From Candidatus Hermodarchaeota archaeon (GTDB lineage Archaea; Asgardarchaeota; Lokiarchaeia; Sigyniarchaeales; SOKP01): a stretch of DNA of 22,294 bases. Positions 8,887 through 17,915 of this stretch are shown here, in pieces (within the stretch, counting starts at the first letter, position 1; every line of letters begins with the position of its first letter). Made by a program: the position numbers and the translations under genes. The notes below the pieces were generated by a model. It did not search any database. It saw only the letters and a program-made list of their open reading frames with translations, and was not told the origin of the DNA. The DNA is taken from the NCBI GenBank assembly GCA_048885535.1, contig JBHLLO010000047.1, positions 1 through 22,294 on the forward strand. Direction: 5' to 3'.

Positions 8887-11286
8887 TTATATTCTACTCT
8901 GTAAGATTTTGATGCCCTCTAAAATATCTTTAGCATCTGAAGATTCAGTGAGTCCTAACTCATTGAGAATTTCTAAGGCTTGTTTTAAATGCTTCATGGC
9001 TTCTTGATCGTTCTCTTGAATCATATAAGTTAGCCCAATGTTCTTAAAAGTTTCAGCTTTTAATTTTAAATCGACTAATTGATCAACAATATTTTTTGCT
9101 TCTTTAAAGTTCTTTAATGCTTCATCAAATTTACGTTGGTATAAATAAATAACTCCAATACTATTTAAACAGAGCACTTTTTTTGACTGATCTCCCAATT
9201 GATTAAGAATCTGAAGAGTTTCTTCATACTTTTCTAATGCTTTAGTGTAATTATTTTGACGCTCATAAATTGCTCCAACTTTACTAAGATAATATGCCAT
9301 TTGAGAATTGTCACCAATACTTTCAGCAAGTTTAAGAGCTTTATTATAGTAATTTATGGCTTCAGTTAGATTATTTTGCTTTTCATATACTTGAGCAATA
9401 TTATTTGTATAAATGGCTTTATATCTCATATCCCCTAGTTTTTCTACAATTTGATAAGCTTTTTCAAACATTTTTAGTGCTTCAGAATAGTTCCCCTGTT
9501 TGTTATAAATCCCTCCAATATTATTAAGGCATACAGATTTTCCTGCCAAATCTCCTAATTGTTCGATTATTTCAAGCGCTTTTTCATGATTGGTTAATGC
9601 TTCAGAAAAAAGCTTCTGTTTCTGATAAATTAATCCTATATCGTTAAGATTATGAGCTATAGTGGGTAAATTACCTAATTCTTCTGCAATTTTATGTGAT
9701 TCCTCATATCGTCTTAACGCTTCGGGATAGTTTCCCTGATCTCTGTATATTCCTCCAATGTTAGTAAGGCATGAAGATAAAGCTCCCAAATTTCCTAATT
9801 CTTTAGAAATCTTAAGCGTTTCCTCAAAGTTCTTTAAAGCTTCAGGATAGTTATGTTGATTGGCATAAAGGAGCCCAATACTGTTAAGGCATTTAGCTTT
9901 AATACCAAGATCTAAAAATTTAGAGAGTTTAAGTGCTTCTTCAAGCTTTTCTAACGCTTTAGAATACATTCCTTGTATATTATATATTGTTCCGATATCA
10001 ATATAACAATGGACTAATTTTTCGAAGTCTCCAAAATCTCCGAGCCAATTTAGGGATTCTTCATAATAGCCTAATGCTTTCGAATAGTCTCCCTTATAAT
10101 GAGCAATCTGCCCCATTTCATAGATTGCTGTTGCTCTCCAATAGTCTTCTCCTTTTTCTTTAGCGATTTCAATAATGGTTTCTAAACATCTTTCAGCATG
10201 GTCATATACATTAAGATCTTGGTATATTCGATATGAGGTATAATATTTCAATATCTGAATTGGCACAGGAATGTCTCTTTCTCTGAATTTAACCAAATCT
10301 AATTTTATGCTTTCTTTTAGCCAATCTCCTATATTAATAGAGAATTTATCAGAACTTAATGCTGGTTTTGTATCCAAAAGATCCTCTACAAGTCTAGAAG
10401 TATTTGTATCAACCCTGTAAACGTGAACTTTATTATTAAATCGCAAAATATCTCCTAATATTTGATTAACTTTATCAACTACTTCTCCTGGTTTTCCAAT
10501 AATATCTGCAGTGAGCTCGTAAATACTTTCCTTTCCTCCATCATCAGCAACGTAATTAATCCATATAATATTCTCAAGGTTTCTCAAAACTTTTAAAGTT
10601 GGAACAATATCAAAATCATCACTTCCAGAATAGCCCATTACCACTAGGGAGCGATTTTCTGTGAGGTTTGTAAATGCAGGTTGTTTAAATGATTCAAGTT
10701 GAAATACATTCTCCTCTTTCTTATTTGCTCCAAATGCTTGTAGGGTAGCAATCAATGAATCTCTTGTACTTTTATCCTGTATAATATTTTTAGTTGAGCC
10801 ATGTATTTTATAGAGAGTATACTTTCCTTTCTTTAATTGCTTATAAGGATTCTGGAAATCTATAAAATCTTGTTTTGTAATCACAGGAAGAATATCATTA
10901 AGAGAGACCCCAGACTGCTGCAAAGCATATTCAATTAAGAAATCAAAGTTGGTCGTAATAACAAAACTTCCATTCTTAATCATACTAGCAAGAAAAAAGT
11001 GCTGAATATTTGGTTTATCTGAAAGTTCATATAAATCTATAATTCTTAGATCCGGGTCCGATTGATCTCTAATGATTTCTACTAGCTGTTCAAATCGAAG
11101 GTCTTTTAACTCCTTAATCTTATCGATTTCTGTTTCAGCACACATATAATCGATAATTGCATCCATCATTGTTCTTCCTGCTGGCAAACAAGAGGGAGGA
11201 TCAACGGAGCATCCAGCTCCTATTAAGAAGGTCAATTTTGTGTCTGGAGTAATTAAGTCCTTAACGGTTAGATTAGTAAGTTTCAT
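8887..11286 (-). CDS. SIR2-like (SIR2_2, putative NADase) domain fused to 11 TPRs
   Basis: Sirtuin motifs FLIGAGCS...LP, VITTNFD, LYKIHGS, VVMGYSGSDDFDI, followed by 40-aa-period TPRs (CLNNIGGIYNKQGNYSEAL..FEKA). Confidence 0.92.
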   Translation of the reverse strand: MKLTNLTVKDLITPDTKLTFLIGAGCSVDPPSCLPAGRTMMDAIIDYMCAETEIDKIKELKDLRFEQLVEIIRDQSDPDLRIIDLYELSDKPNIQHFFLASMIKNGSFVITTNFDFLIEYALQQSGVSLNDILPVITKQDFIDFQNPYKQLKKGKYTLYKIHGSTKNIIQDKSTRDSLIATLQAFGANKKEENVFQLESFKQPAFTNLTENRSLVVMGYSGSDDFDIVPTLKVLRNLENIIWINYVADDGGKESIYELTADIIGKPGEVVDKVNQILGDILRFNNKVHVYRVDTNTSRLVEDLLDTKPALSSDKFSINIGDWLKESIKLDLVKFRERDIPVPIQILKYYTSYRIYQDLNVYDHAERCLETIIEIAKEKGEDYWRATAIYEMGQIAHYKGDYSKALGYYEESLNWLGDFGDFEKLVHCYIDIGTIYNIQGMYSKALEKLEEALKLSKFLDLGIKAKCLNSIGLLYANQHNYPEALKNFEETLKISKELGNLGALSSCLTNIGGIYRDQGNYPEALRRYEESHKIAEELGNLPTIAHNLNDIGLIYQKQKLFSEALTNHEKALEIIEQLGDLAGKSVCLNNIGGIYNKQGNYSEALKMFEKAYQIVEKLGDMRYKAIYTNNIAQVYEKQNNLTEAINYYNKALKLAESIGDNSQMAYYLSKVGAIYERQNNYTKALEKYEETLQILNQLGDQSKKVLCLNSIGVIYLYQRKFDEALKNFKEAKNIVDQLVDLKLKAETFKNIGLTYMIQENDQEAMKHLKQALEILNELGLTESSDAKDILEGIKILQSRI

Positions 11287-11491
11287 AATACGCCCTCTTA
11301 AAATTAATTATTAAATAATGTTATATCCGATATATTTGTATTTAACATTAATGTAGGAATGACCTAATATTAATTTTAAAATTTAACAATTATCTCTTTT
11401 AACATTTAAACTACCTTATAGATTTTCTAACTTTCTACTCAAGATAATTGAAAGTTTAGAGAAAATTCAAACGGAAATGATTGGATTTCTA

Positions 11492-11505
11492 GAAAACTTT
11501 ATAAA
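11492..11505 (+). promoter_or_regulatory. Putative BRE/TATA box for the receptor-TIR gene
   Basis: GAAAACTTTATAAA matches the archaeal purine-rich BRE + TTTATAWA consensus, 100 nt upstream of ATG 11606. Confidence 0.5.
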
Positions 11506-11605
11506 TTTAAGAATCAGTAATGTTATTGAAATCATACAATTATGTAAAAAGTTCCTTATATAGAGAAATTCAATAATTTCATTTATTATAAAGTGGTAAA
11601 AATCT

Positions 11606-14600
11606 ATGAAAAATATTCGAGTAAAAGTAAAATTAGTTTTATTACTAATTCTAGCTCTAATTGTAATCCCAAATTTAGTACTAACTAATCAGAGAGATAT
11701 AAAAGCCTCTTCTGATGAAAAAAAGCCTATGGAAGATATTACTCCACAGCCTCCAAAAGAAGCTGCTATTTATTATGAACCAACGACTGGATCTGCACAT
11801 GATGTTTTTGTGAGCGGAGATTATGCCTATGTAGGGGCTACGACCTCAGGATTGGCAGTTATTGATATTTCCGACCCAACAGATCCAGGAACGCCCGTCG
11901 ACCTAGCCTTGACTAGCTTTGCTTATGATGTTTTCGTAAGTGGAGATTATGCCTATGTTGCAGCTTATGGTTCTGGATTAGCGATCATCGATATTTCGGA
12001 TCCGACAAGCCCAGTACTAGTCACCTATGAGAGTACGACAGGAGCGGCTCATGGCGTTTTCGTTAGCGGAGATTATGCTTATGTAGGGACTACGAGCTCA
12101 GGTTTGGCGGTTATTGACATTTCTGATCCAACAAACCCGGGATTGCCCGTTTACGAAACTTTGACCGATTGGGCATATGGTGTTTATGTAAGTGGGGATT
12201 ATGCTTATGTGGGAGCTACGAGTTCAGGTTTGGCTGTCGTTGATATTTCCGATCCTACAAGTCCAGCATTGGTCACCTACGAAAACACAAGTGGTTTCTC
12301 ATATGATGTTTTTGTGAGCGGAGATTATGCATATGTAGCAGATGGAAACTATGGTTTAGCAGTTGTTGACATTTCCAACCCTGCAAACCCAGGAATCCCG
12401 ATCTACGAAGATACGAACGATTGGGCACATGATGTTTACGTTAGCGGAGATTACGCTTATGTAGGGGATGATACATCTGGATTAGCAGTGATTGACATTT
12501 CTGACCCTACAGACCCAAAAGTATCTATTTATGAAGATACGACCAGCTCTGTAGCTGGTGTTTACGTAAGTGGTGATCATGCTTATGTGGGAGCTGGAGG
12601 TTCGGGTTTAGCAGTTATCGATATTTCCAAGCCTACAAACCCAAGATTGCCTGTCTACGAGGACACATCTGGTACTGCATTTGGAGTTTATATAAGCGGA
12701 GATTATGCTTATGTAGCAGATCATAATACAGGATTAGCAGTTATCGATATCTCTGACCCTACAAACCCTGGAGCGCCCATCTACGAAGATACGAGTGGTT
12801 CAGCACGAGATGTTTATGTGAGTGGAGATTACGCTTATGTAGCGGATGATACATATGGCTTAGCGGTCATTGATATTTCCAACCCTACAAACCCAGGATT
12901 GCCTTTTTATGAAGATACAGATGGAGCCGCACGAGGTGTTTGTGTGAGCGGAGATTATGCTTATATATCAGATTACAATTATGGTTTAGCGGTCATTGAT
13001 ATTTCCGATCCTACAAACCCAGGAGCGCCCTTCAGTGAAAGTACAAATGGGTTTGCACGTAGTGTTTATGTTAGCGGAGATTATGCTTACCTAGGAGTGG
13101 GGAGCTATGGCTTAGCGGTCATCAATATTTCCAACCCTACAGATCCAGTAATAACAGCTTATGAAGATACTTCCGGTACTGCATATGGAGTCTACGTGAG
13201 CGGAGACTATGCCTACGTGGCAGATTATGGTTATGGGCTAGCAATCATCGACATTTCTGATCCTACCAATCCAGGAACACCCATCTATGAAACCAATGTT
13301 AATTCTGCATATGATGTTTACGTAAGCGGAGATTATGCTTATGTAGCTAGTTATGATGATGGTTTAGCAGTTATTGACATTTCCGACCCTACAAACCCGG
13401 GAGTACCCATCTACGAAGATATGGCCAATTGGGCGATGAGTGTTTACGTGAGCGGAGATTATGCTTATTTAGCGGATTATAATTCAGGTTTGGCAGTCAT
13501 TCAAGTTCGAGAGAGGTATGATATAGTAGATCCGCTAATTACAATACTTTATCCAAACGTTAATAATAATCTATTCGGAACAACTGCGCCAAGTTTTAAC
13601 GTTAAATTTAAAGATATATATCCTGGTTTAGATACTTTATGGTATACTATTGATGGAGGAATTAATAATAGAACTTTTGTTACAAATGGGTCAATAAATC
13701 AAAATTTATGGTTAAGTAGGGGAAATGGAACTGTAAATATTAGATTTTATGCAAATGATTCATCTGGAAATGTTAACTGGAAGGATATAATTGTTAGAAA
13801 GGATATTTTAGCTCCAAGTATTACAATCAACGCTCCCACTCCAAACCAAGAGTTCGAAACTACTCCGTCCTACGATCTTTCCATAATTGAAGGAAATTTA
13901 GATAAGATCTGGTATTCATTAGATAATGGTGCTACATATAAATTCATCACAAGTTTATCAGGAACGATAGATCAAGCAGTTTGGGATGGAATTTCGGAAG
14001 GATCTGTTACCATCCGATTTTATGCAAATGATACCTTAGGAAATTATGATTGGGAAGATGTTAATGTTATAAAAGTGGTAATACCATTTTGGAAAGAGAT
14101 ATGGTTCTGGGCTTTAGTTATTTCAGTATTAATACTTTCAGTTTTTATTATCCCAGTTGTAGTTAAACGTGCACGTTATAAGCGTAGACGTAAAGAAGTT
14201 AAAAAAATGATAGATAGCTATGTTCTTACCCATGATGTAAAACTTATGATATCATATTCCCATGAAGATGCTCCAAAATTCCAAATACCGAAAGTTTCAG
14301 AAATGTTAGGAAAGTACGATAAAATCAAACAAGTAATATACTCCCAAAAAGATACTAGGGATGATTTTATTCGATATATGGATAAAAATATTCGGGAATC
14401 AGATGCGCTGCTCTTATTTTGCAGTAAAAAGAGTCTTAATTCAGAATTTGTAATTGATGAATGGACCGCAGCAAGAGCATTGAAAAAACCAATCATCCCC
14501 ATATTCATCGATAAATCTTATATCCCATCTTTACTAAGTGCGAAATTAGGTGTTCCGTTCTATGAGAAGAAATTATCCGACACAGTTGAAGAAATCTATG

Positions 14601-14656
14601 CAGTCGTTAAAAAACGGCTTGGAGAACCCATTAAAGTTGAATTGAACAATAGGTAA
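11606..14656 (+). CDS. Single-pass membrane receptor: signal peptide, 14 LVIVD beta-propeller repeats, 2 Ig-like domains, TM helix, cytoplasmic TIR
   Basis: N-terminal MKNIRVKVKLVLLLILALIVIP; 14 x 42-aa VxVSGDYAYV....GLAVIDISDP; two WY(T/S)(I/L)DxG...IRFYANDxxGN modules; TM 14087-14164 followed by KRARYKRRRK; TIR LMISYSHED...SDALLLFCSKKSLNSEFVIDEW...IIPIF. Confidence 0.93.
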   Translation: MKNIRVKVKLVLLLILALIVIPNLVLTNQRDIKASSDEKKPMEDITPQPPKEAAIYYEPTTGSAHDVFVSGDYAYVGATTSGLAVIDISDPTDPGTPVDLALTSFAYDVFVSGDYAYVAAYGSGLAIIDISDPTSPVLVTYESTTGAAHGVFVSGDYAYVGTTSSGLAVIDISDPTNPGLPVYETLTDWAYGVYVSGDYAYVGATSSGLAVVDISDPTSPALVTYENTSGFSYDVFVSGDYAYVADGNYGLAVVDISNPANPGIPIYEDTNDWAHDVYVSGDYAYVGDDTSGLAVIDISDPTDPKVSIYEDTTSSVAGVYVSGDHAYVGAGGSGLAVIDISKPTNPRLPVYEDTSGTAFGVYISGDYAYVADHNTGLAVIDISDPTNPGAPIYEDTSGSARDVYVSGDYAYVADDTYGLAVIDISNPTNPGLPFYEDTDGAARGVCVSGDYAYISDYNYGLAVIDISDPTNPGAPFSESTNGFARSVYVSGDYAYLGVGSYGLAVINISNPTDPVITAYEDTSGTAYGVYVSGDYAYVADYGYGLAIIDISDPTNPGTPIYETNVNSAYDVYVSGDYAYVASYDDGLAVIDISDPTNPGVPIYEDMANWAMSVYVSGDYAYLADYNSGLAVIQVRERYDIVDPLITILYPNVNNNLFGTTAPSFNVKFKDIYPGLDTLWYTIDGGINNRTFVTNGSINQNLWLSRGNGTVNIRFYANDSSGNVNWKDIIVRKDILAPSITINAPTPNQEFETTPSYDLSIIEGNLDKIWYSLDNGATYKFITSLSGTIDQAVWDGISEGSVTIRFYANDTLGNYDWEDVNVIKVVIPFWKEIWFWALVISVLILSVFIIPVVVKRARYKRRRKEVKKMIDSYVLTHDVKLMISYSHEDAPKFQIPKVSEMLGKYDKIKQVIYSQKDTRDDFIRYMDKNIRESDALLLFCSKKSLNSEFVIDEWTAARALKKPIIPIFIDKSYIPSLLSAKLGVPFYEKKLSDTVEEIYAVVKKRLGEPIKVELNNR
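11774..13510 (+). repeat. Coding tandem repeat, 126-nt period, 14 LVIVD units
   Basis: Recurrent AGYGGAGATTATGC...GATATTTC at 126-nt spacing; 14 units counted in the translation. Confidence 0.92.
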
Positions 14657-14743
14657 GCTTAGATAGGACTTTTCATAAAATAATCTTTAAATTGTTTATC
14701 GAGAATTAGTATAAAGAATTCTGTTAAAGAAAATAACCAAAAA

Positions 14744-14760
14744 CCGTTAAACTTATAAAT
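14744..14760 (+). promoter_or_regulatory. Putative BRE/TATA box for the vWA gene
   Basis: CCGTTAAACTTATAAAT about 67 nt upstream of ATG 14827; SD-like GAGGG at 14816-14820. Confidence 0.45.
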
Positions 14761-14826
14761 AAATACGTTGCTTTTATAAAATGTATTAATACTACATTTA
14801 TGTCAAATTAGAAATGAGGGTTTAAA

Positions 14827-17088
14827 ATGCCTATTGAGGGTGAAACAATACCAAACATTTACTTGTCTGGAGAAGATTTTATGCATAATTATGAATCATT
14901 CCCTCCAGAGGATGATCTCTCTGGAAAGACTATTTTACTTTCTTTTCTAGATTATGAGGAAATCATTCCAGGTAATAGTACAATTCTTATAAATTGTCTA
15001 TTAAATTTATGTCAGCTGTATTCTACTCACTGCATTCAAATAGTTATAGTCTTTCCTGTATTAAATGGTACAACCGAACTAACTGTTAAGACATGGCTAG
15101 AAGGACTTGGTGTCAATTTTCCTGCTATCCACAGTTTTGATATTTGGAGAGATTTTATGACAGGTATAACAGATGGAACAGAGGAAGTGAGACCCCATTC
15201 TTTTATTCTCGAGAAGATCGATCCCGATAACTGGATTATTAGAAAACGATATTGTGTATTACCTCCAGTATGTAGTGATTTGGAAGATTTCTTATTAAGC
15301 TTCATAGATGTACGTGAGCCTATAGATTTAGAAATGGTTATGGATGTCTCTGGGAGTATGAACAGCATTCCTCCTAATGCGAATGAAACGAAGTACGAGA
15401 TGATGAAGAAAGCCATTACTATAGTTGGAACCTATTTAAAGGATAATGCGCATTGTGATGATAGAATGGGATTGATTTGGTTTACGGATGAGGCAAGTGA
15501 TTACTCAAGAAATAATCAAAAATTATTTCGAATTAAAACTAATTGGGATGAGTTAAGTGTTCAGGTTAATAACCATGGAACAGGTAACTGTACTGCTATG
15601 GGAGCAGGTTTACAGACAGCAATTAATACCTTATCTTCAAGTAACCAGAAATTTGTAATTTTATGTACCGATGGAATGCAAAATATAAACCCAATGGTAT
15701 TAGACCTTACAGCACCCGATGGTTCTGTATACTATGCAATTGTAAATGATGACGTACGATATCGCGAGTGTGGACCACATTCTCAGGTTGAACCTTCAGG
15801 TACAGATATTTCTAGCTACAATACTTGTGTTCATACTATTGGCATTGGGATTATAGAAGATTATGATTTAATTCTAGATGGTATAGCTACCGAAACACAA
15901 GGTTTTTACCAAGAAACGAATAATCCTGGAGACGATCTATTAGGGGATTATTTCGTAGCACTCCTTGATTGTTTGGGTAGAGGTTCTCCCTCAATTCTAT
16001 ATATTAATAACGGGAATTTATCTATAGAAGAGCATGAAAAATCAGAGATCTTCCATCTCAACAGCTCTGTTCGAAAAATAACTGTAATCATTTCTTGGAA
16101 AAAATCACAAGGGAGTAATTTCATGTTCTGGTTGTATACCCCTGATGGGGTGCTCTTAGATCTACATAATGAGATGAGAATCTATGAGCACCATTGTATG
16201 GCAACAATATATTTACCTAAACGACAAAATGGGGACAATTTGGAGTATATAGGTGAATGGCGTATGATGATTCGAGGCGAGATACCTAATAGTTCTGCTG
16301 ATTATAATGTAATTATCATTGGGGAGGATAAAGATATCAAATTGGTTTTTGATTTTCCAAGAAAACGATTTGAAGTTGGCGACCTACTCCCAATTAAAGT
16401 TTTTATTTTAAAGAAGAAAAAACCATTAGCTATTGAGCCTAAGGAGATCACTATAGAAAAGAAACTTTTACTTACACCGCTTCCTGAACTTATAGCTAAA
16501 TATAAAATATCTCCAAATGAGTTGTTAGAAAAAACGAAAACCATACCAGATAGAGCTCCTAAGAACCTTCTAAATCTGAAACTTAAAGTTATGACTTCTG
16601 ATCCAAAATTTCAAAAAAGTTTAATACCTGATATTAAACGATTCTCTCTTCAAAGAGGAAATCTTGAGTGTAAATTTGAAAAAGAGGAAGTTCTCATCCC
16701 TATTGCTCTGGAACAACCAGGGACACATAATTTTAAAATAAGAGTCCGATACGAGAGTCCTGAAGAGGGTCCTATATGTCGTACACATATGATTTCGATA
16801 ATAGTGGAACCTGGTAAAGTCGATCCTAAACAGTCTGATTTCAGAAAGAAAGGCAAGATGATTTATATTACTCCTCGTAATAAAAAGGGTCAATTATTTG
16901 GTCCAGGATATAGCCATAAGTTTAAACTGCAAGCTGGGGAAAAAGAATATGATATCGAATTCAAGGACTTATTGGACGGTACATACCAGATTGAACTTCC
17001 AGAGAAAGTAGTGGAAGAAATAAAAGAGAAAAAACTTGATGTTGACATCATATTCCGTAAGAATGTAATCTGGAGAAGAAAATTATAA
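14827..17088 (+). CDS. vWA domain protein with N-terminal redoxin/thioredoxin-like fold and C-terminal beta-sandwich/Ig-like domains
   Basis: Intact MIDAS: VMDVSGSM, GNCTAMGAGL, VILCTDG, VHTIGIG. N-terminus GETIP...LSGKTILLSF...IQIVIV...NFP...PHSFILE follows the AhpC/TSA-TlpA pattern without CxxC. C-terminal ISW...LYTPDG...GEW and ITPRNKKGQLFGPG...DLLDGTY motifs. Confidence 0.85.
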   Translation: MPIEGETIPNIYLSGEDFMHNYESFPPEDDLSGKTILLSFLDYEEIIPGNSTILINCLLNLCQLYSTHCIQIVIVFPVLNGTTELTVKTWLEGLGVNFPAIHSFDIWRDFMTGITDGTEEVRPHSFILEKIDPDNWIIRKRYCVLPPVCSDLEDFLLSFIDVREPIDLEMVMDVSGSMNSIPPNANETKYEMMKKAITIVGTYLKDNAHCDDRMGLIWFTDEASDYSRNNQKLFRIKTNWDELSVQVNNHGTGNCTAMGAGLQTAINTLSSSNQKFVILCTDGMQNINPMVLDLTAPDGSVYYAIVNDDVRYRECGPHSQVEPSGTDISSYNTCVHTIGIGIIEDYDLILDGIATETQGFYQETNNPGDDLLGDYFVALLDCLGRGSPSILYINNGNLSIEEHEKSEIFHLNSSVRKITVIISWKKSQGSNFMFWLYTPDGVLLDLHNEMRIYEHHCMATIYLPKRQNGDNLEYIGEWRMMIRGEIPNSSADYNVIIIGEDKDIKLVFDFPRKRFEVGDLLPIKVFILKKKKPLAIEPKEITIEKKLLLTPLPELIAKYKISPNELLEKTKTIPDRAPKNLLNLKLKVMTSDPKFQKSLIPDIKRFSLQRGNLECKFEKEEVLIPIALEQPGTHNFKIRVRYESPEEGPICRTHMISIIVEPGKVDPKQSDFRKKGKMIYITPRNKKGQLFGPGYSHKFKLQAGEKEYDIEFKDLLDGTYQIELPEKVVEEIKEKKLDVDIIFRKNVIWRRKL

Positions 17089-17099
17089 TAATAACTTTA

Positions 17100-17107
17100 T
17101 TTTTTTA
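17100..17107 (+). terminator. Oligo-T terminator after the vWA gene
   Basis: T run about 12 nt after stop 17088, in a convergent intergenic region. Confidence 0.5.
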
Positions 17108-17220
17108 TTAATTCCATGTTTTTAAGCTGTTTTAATAATAGAAAATGAATTAAGCTAATTGTATTTATAACAATTTAGCAACCTAGGAAAAGAGATTTTT
17201 ACATTTTTTCTCCCTAATTT

Positions 17221-17520
17221 TTACTCCTCTGAGGTTTGCTTTTCTCTATTTAAGCTCTCTAATGCATCCGCAGCAGAGCTTACAACAATCAGTATCTTCA
17301 ATGAAGCAGATTTGCATCCTTTCTCATTAAGTACAGTGGATAAGCGGAGTAATTCTAAGACGGCTTCAACTAGTTCTTTTTTTCCAAAATATTCACTAAG
17401 CATATCTTGTAATTGTTCAACGGCATAATCATCGAATTCTATTGGCTCAAATCCCTCATAAGCCATTTCTAATGCCTTTTCTATAAGAGGATGAAGTGGT
17501 CTTTTCTGATTTCCAGTCAT
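17221..17520 (-). CDS. Small acidic alpha-helical hypothetical protein, tandem paralog copy 2
   Basis: 99 aa; SD AAGGTGA 6 nt before ATG; about 74% identical (hand count) to 17616..17915. Confidence 0.88.
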   Translation of the reverse strand: MTGNQKRPLHPLIEKALEMAYEGFEPIEFDDYAVEQLQDMLSEYFGKKELVEAVLELLRLSTVLNEKGCKSASLKILIVVSSAADALESLNREKQTSEE

Positions 17521-17614
17521 TTTTATTCACCTTACTAGTTATTTTCTTTATAAGGTTGTTTAATGCTGCTGTAGCACGTTCCACAACCATTATCATTTCA
17601 TTTGATGCAGAATG
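17521..17614 (-). pseudogene. C-terminal remnant of a diverged paralog of the 99-aa family
   Basis: Translates HSASNEMIMVVERATAALNNLIKK, aligning to KSASLKILIVVSSAADALKEFEK; 5' part missing. Confidence 0.65.
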
Positions 17615-17615
17615 T

Positions 17616-17915
17616 CTAATCTTTTAATGTATTTTCTTCTTTTTCAAATTCCTTTAATGCATCGGCAGCAGAGCTTACAACAATCAGTATCTTCAATGAA
17701 GCAGATTTGCATCCTTGCTCATTTAGAACAGCGAATAAGCGAAGCAATTCCATAACGGCTTCAATTAGATCCTGCTTTCTATGATATTCTTTAAGCATAT
17801 CTTGCAGTTGTTCGACCGCATAATCATCGAATTCAATTGGCTCAAACCCTTCATAAGCCATTTTCAGTGCCCTTTCAACAATAGGGTGAAGTGGTCTTTC
17901 TTGATTTTCAGTCAT
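17616..17915 (-). CDS. Small acidic alpha-helical hypothetical protein, tandem paralog copy 1
   Basis: 99 aa; SD AGGTGA 6 nt before ATG; conserved with 17221..17520 including synonymous changes. Confidence 0.88.
   Translation of the reverse strand: MTENQERPLHPIVERALKMAYEGFEPIEFDDYAVEQLQDMLKEYHRKQDLIEAVMELLRLFAVLNEQGCKSASLKILIVVSSAADALKEFEKEENTLKD

Noticed and set aside
11345-11354. Palindrome ACATTAATGT as an operator
   Set aside because: Short and AT-rich, not seen in the other intergenic regions; expected by chance.
11606-14656. Direct orthology to animal Toll-like receptors
   Set aside because: The ectodomain is LVIVD/Ig, not LRR, and the TIR looks prokaryotic enzymatic type; only the topology is shared, and convergence cannot be excluded without phylogeny.
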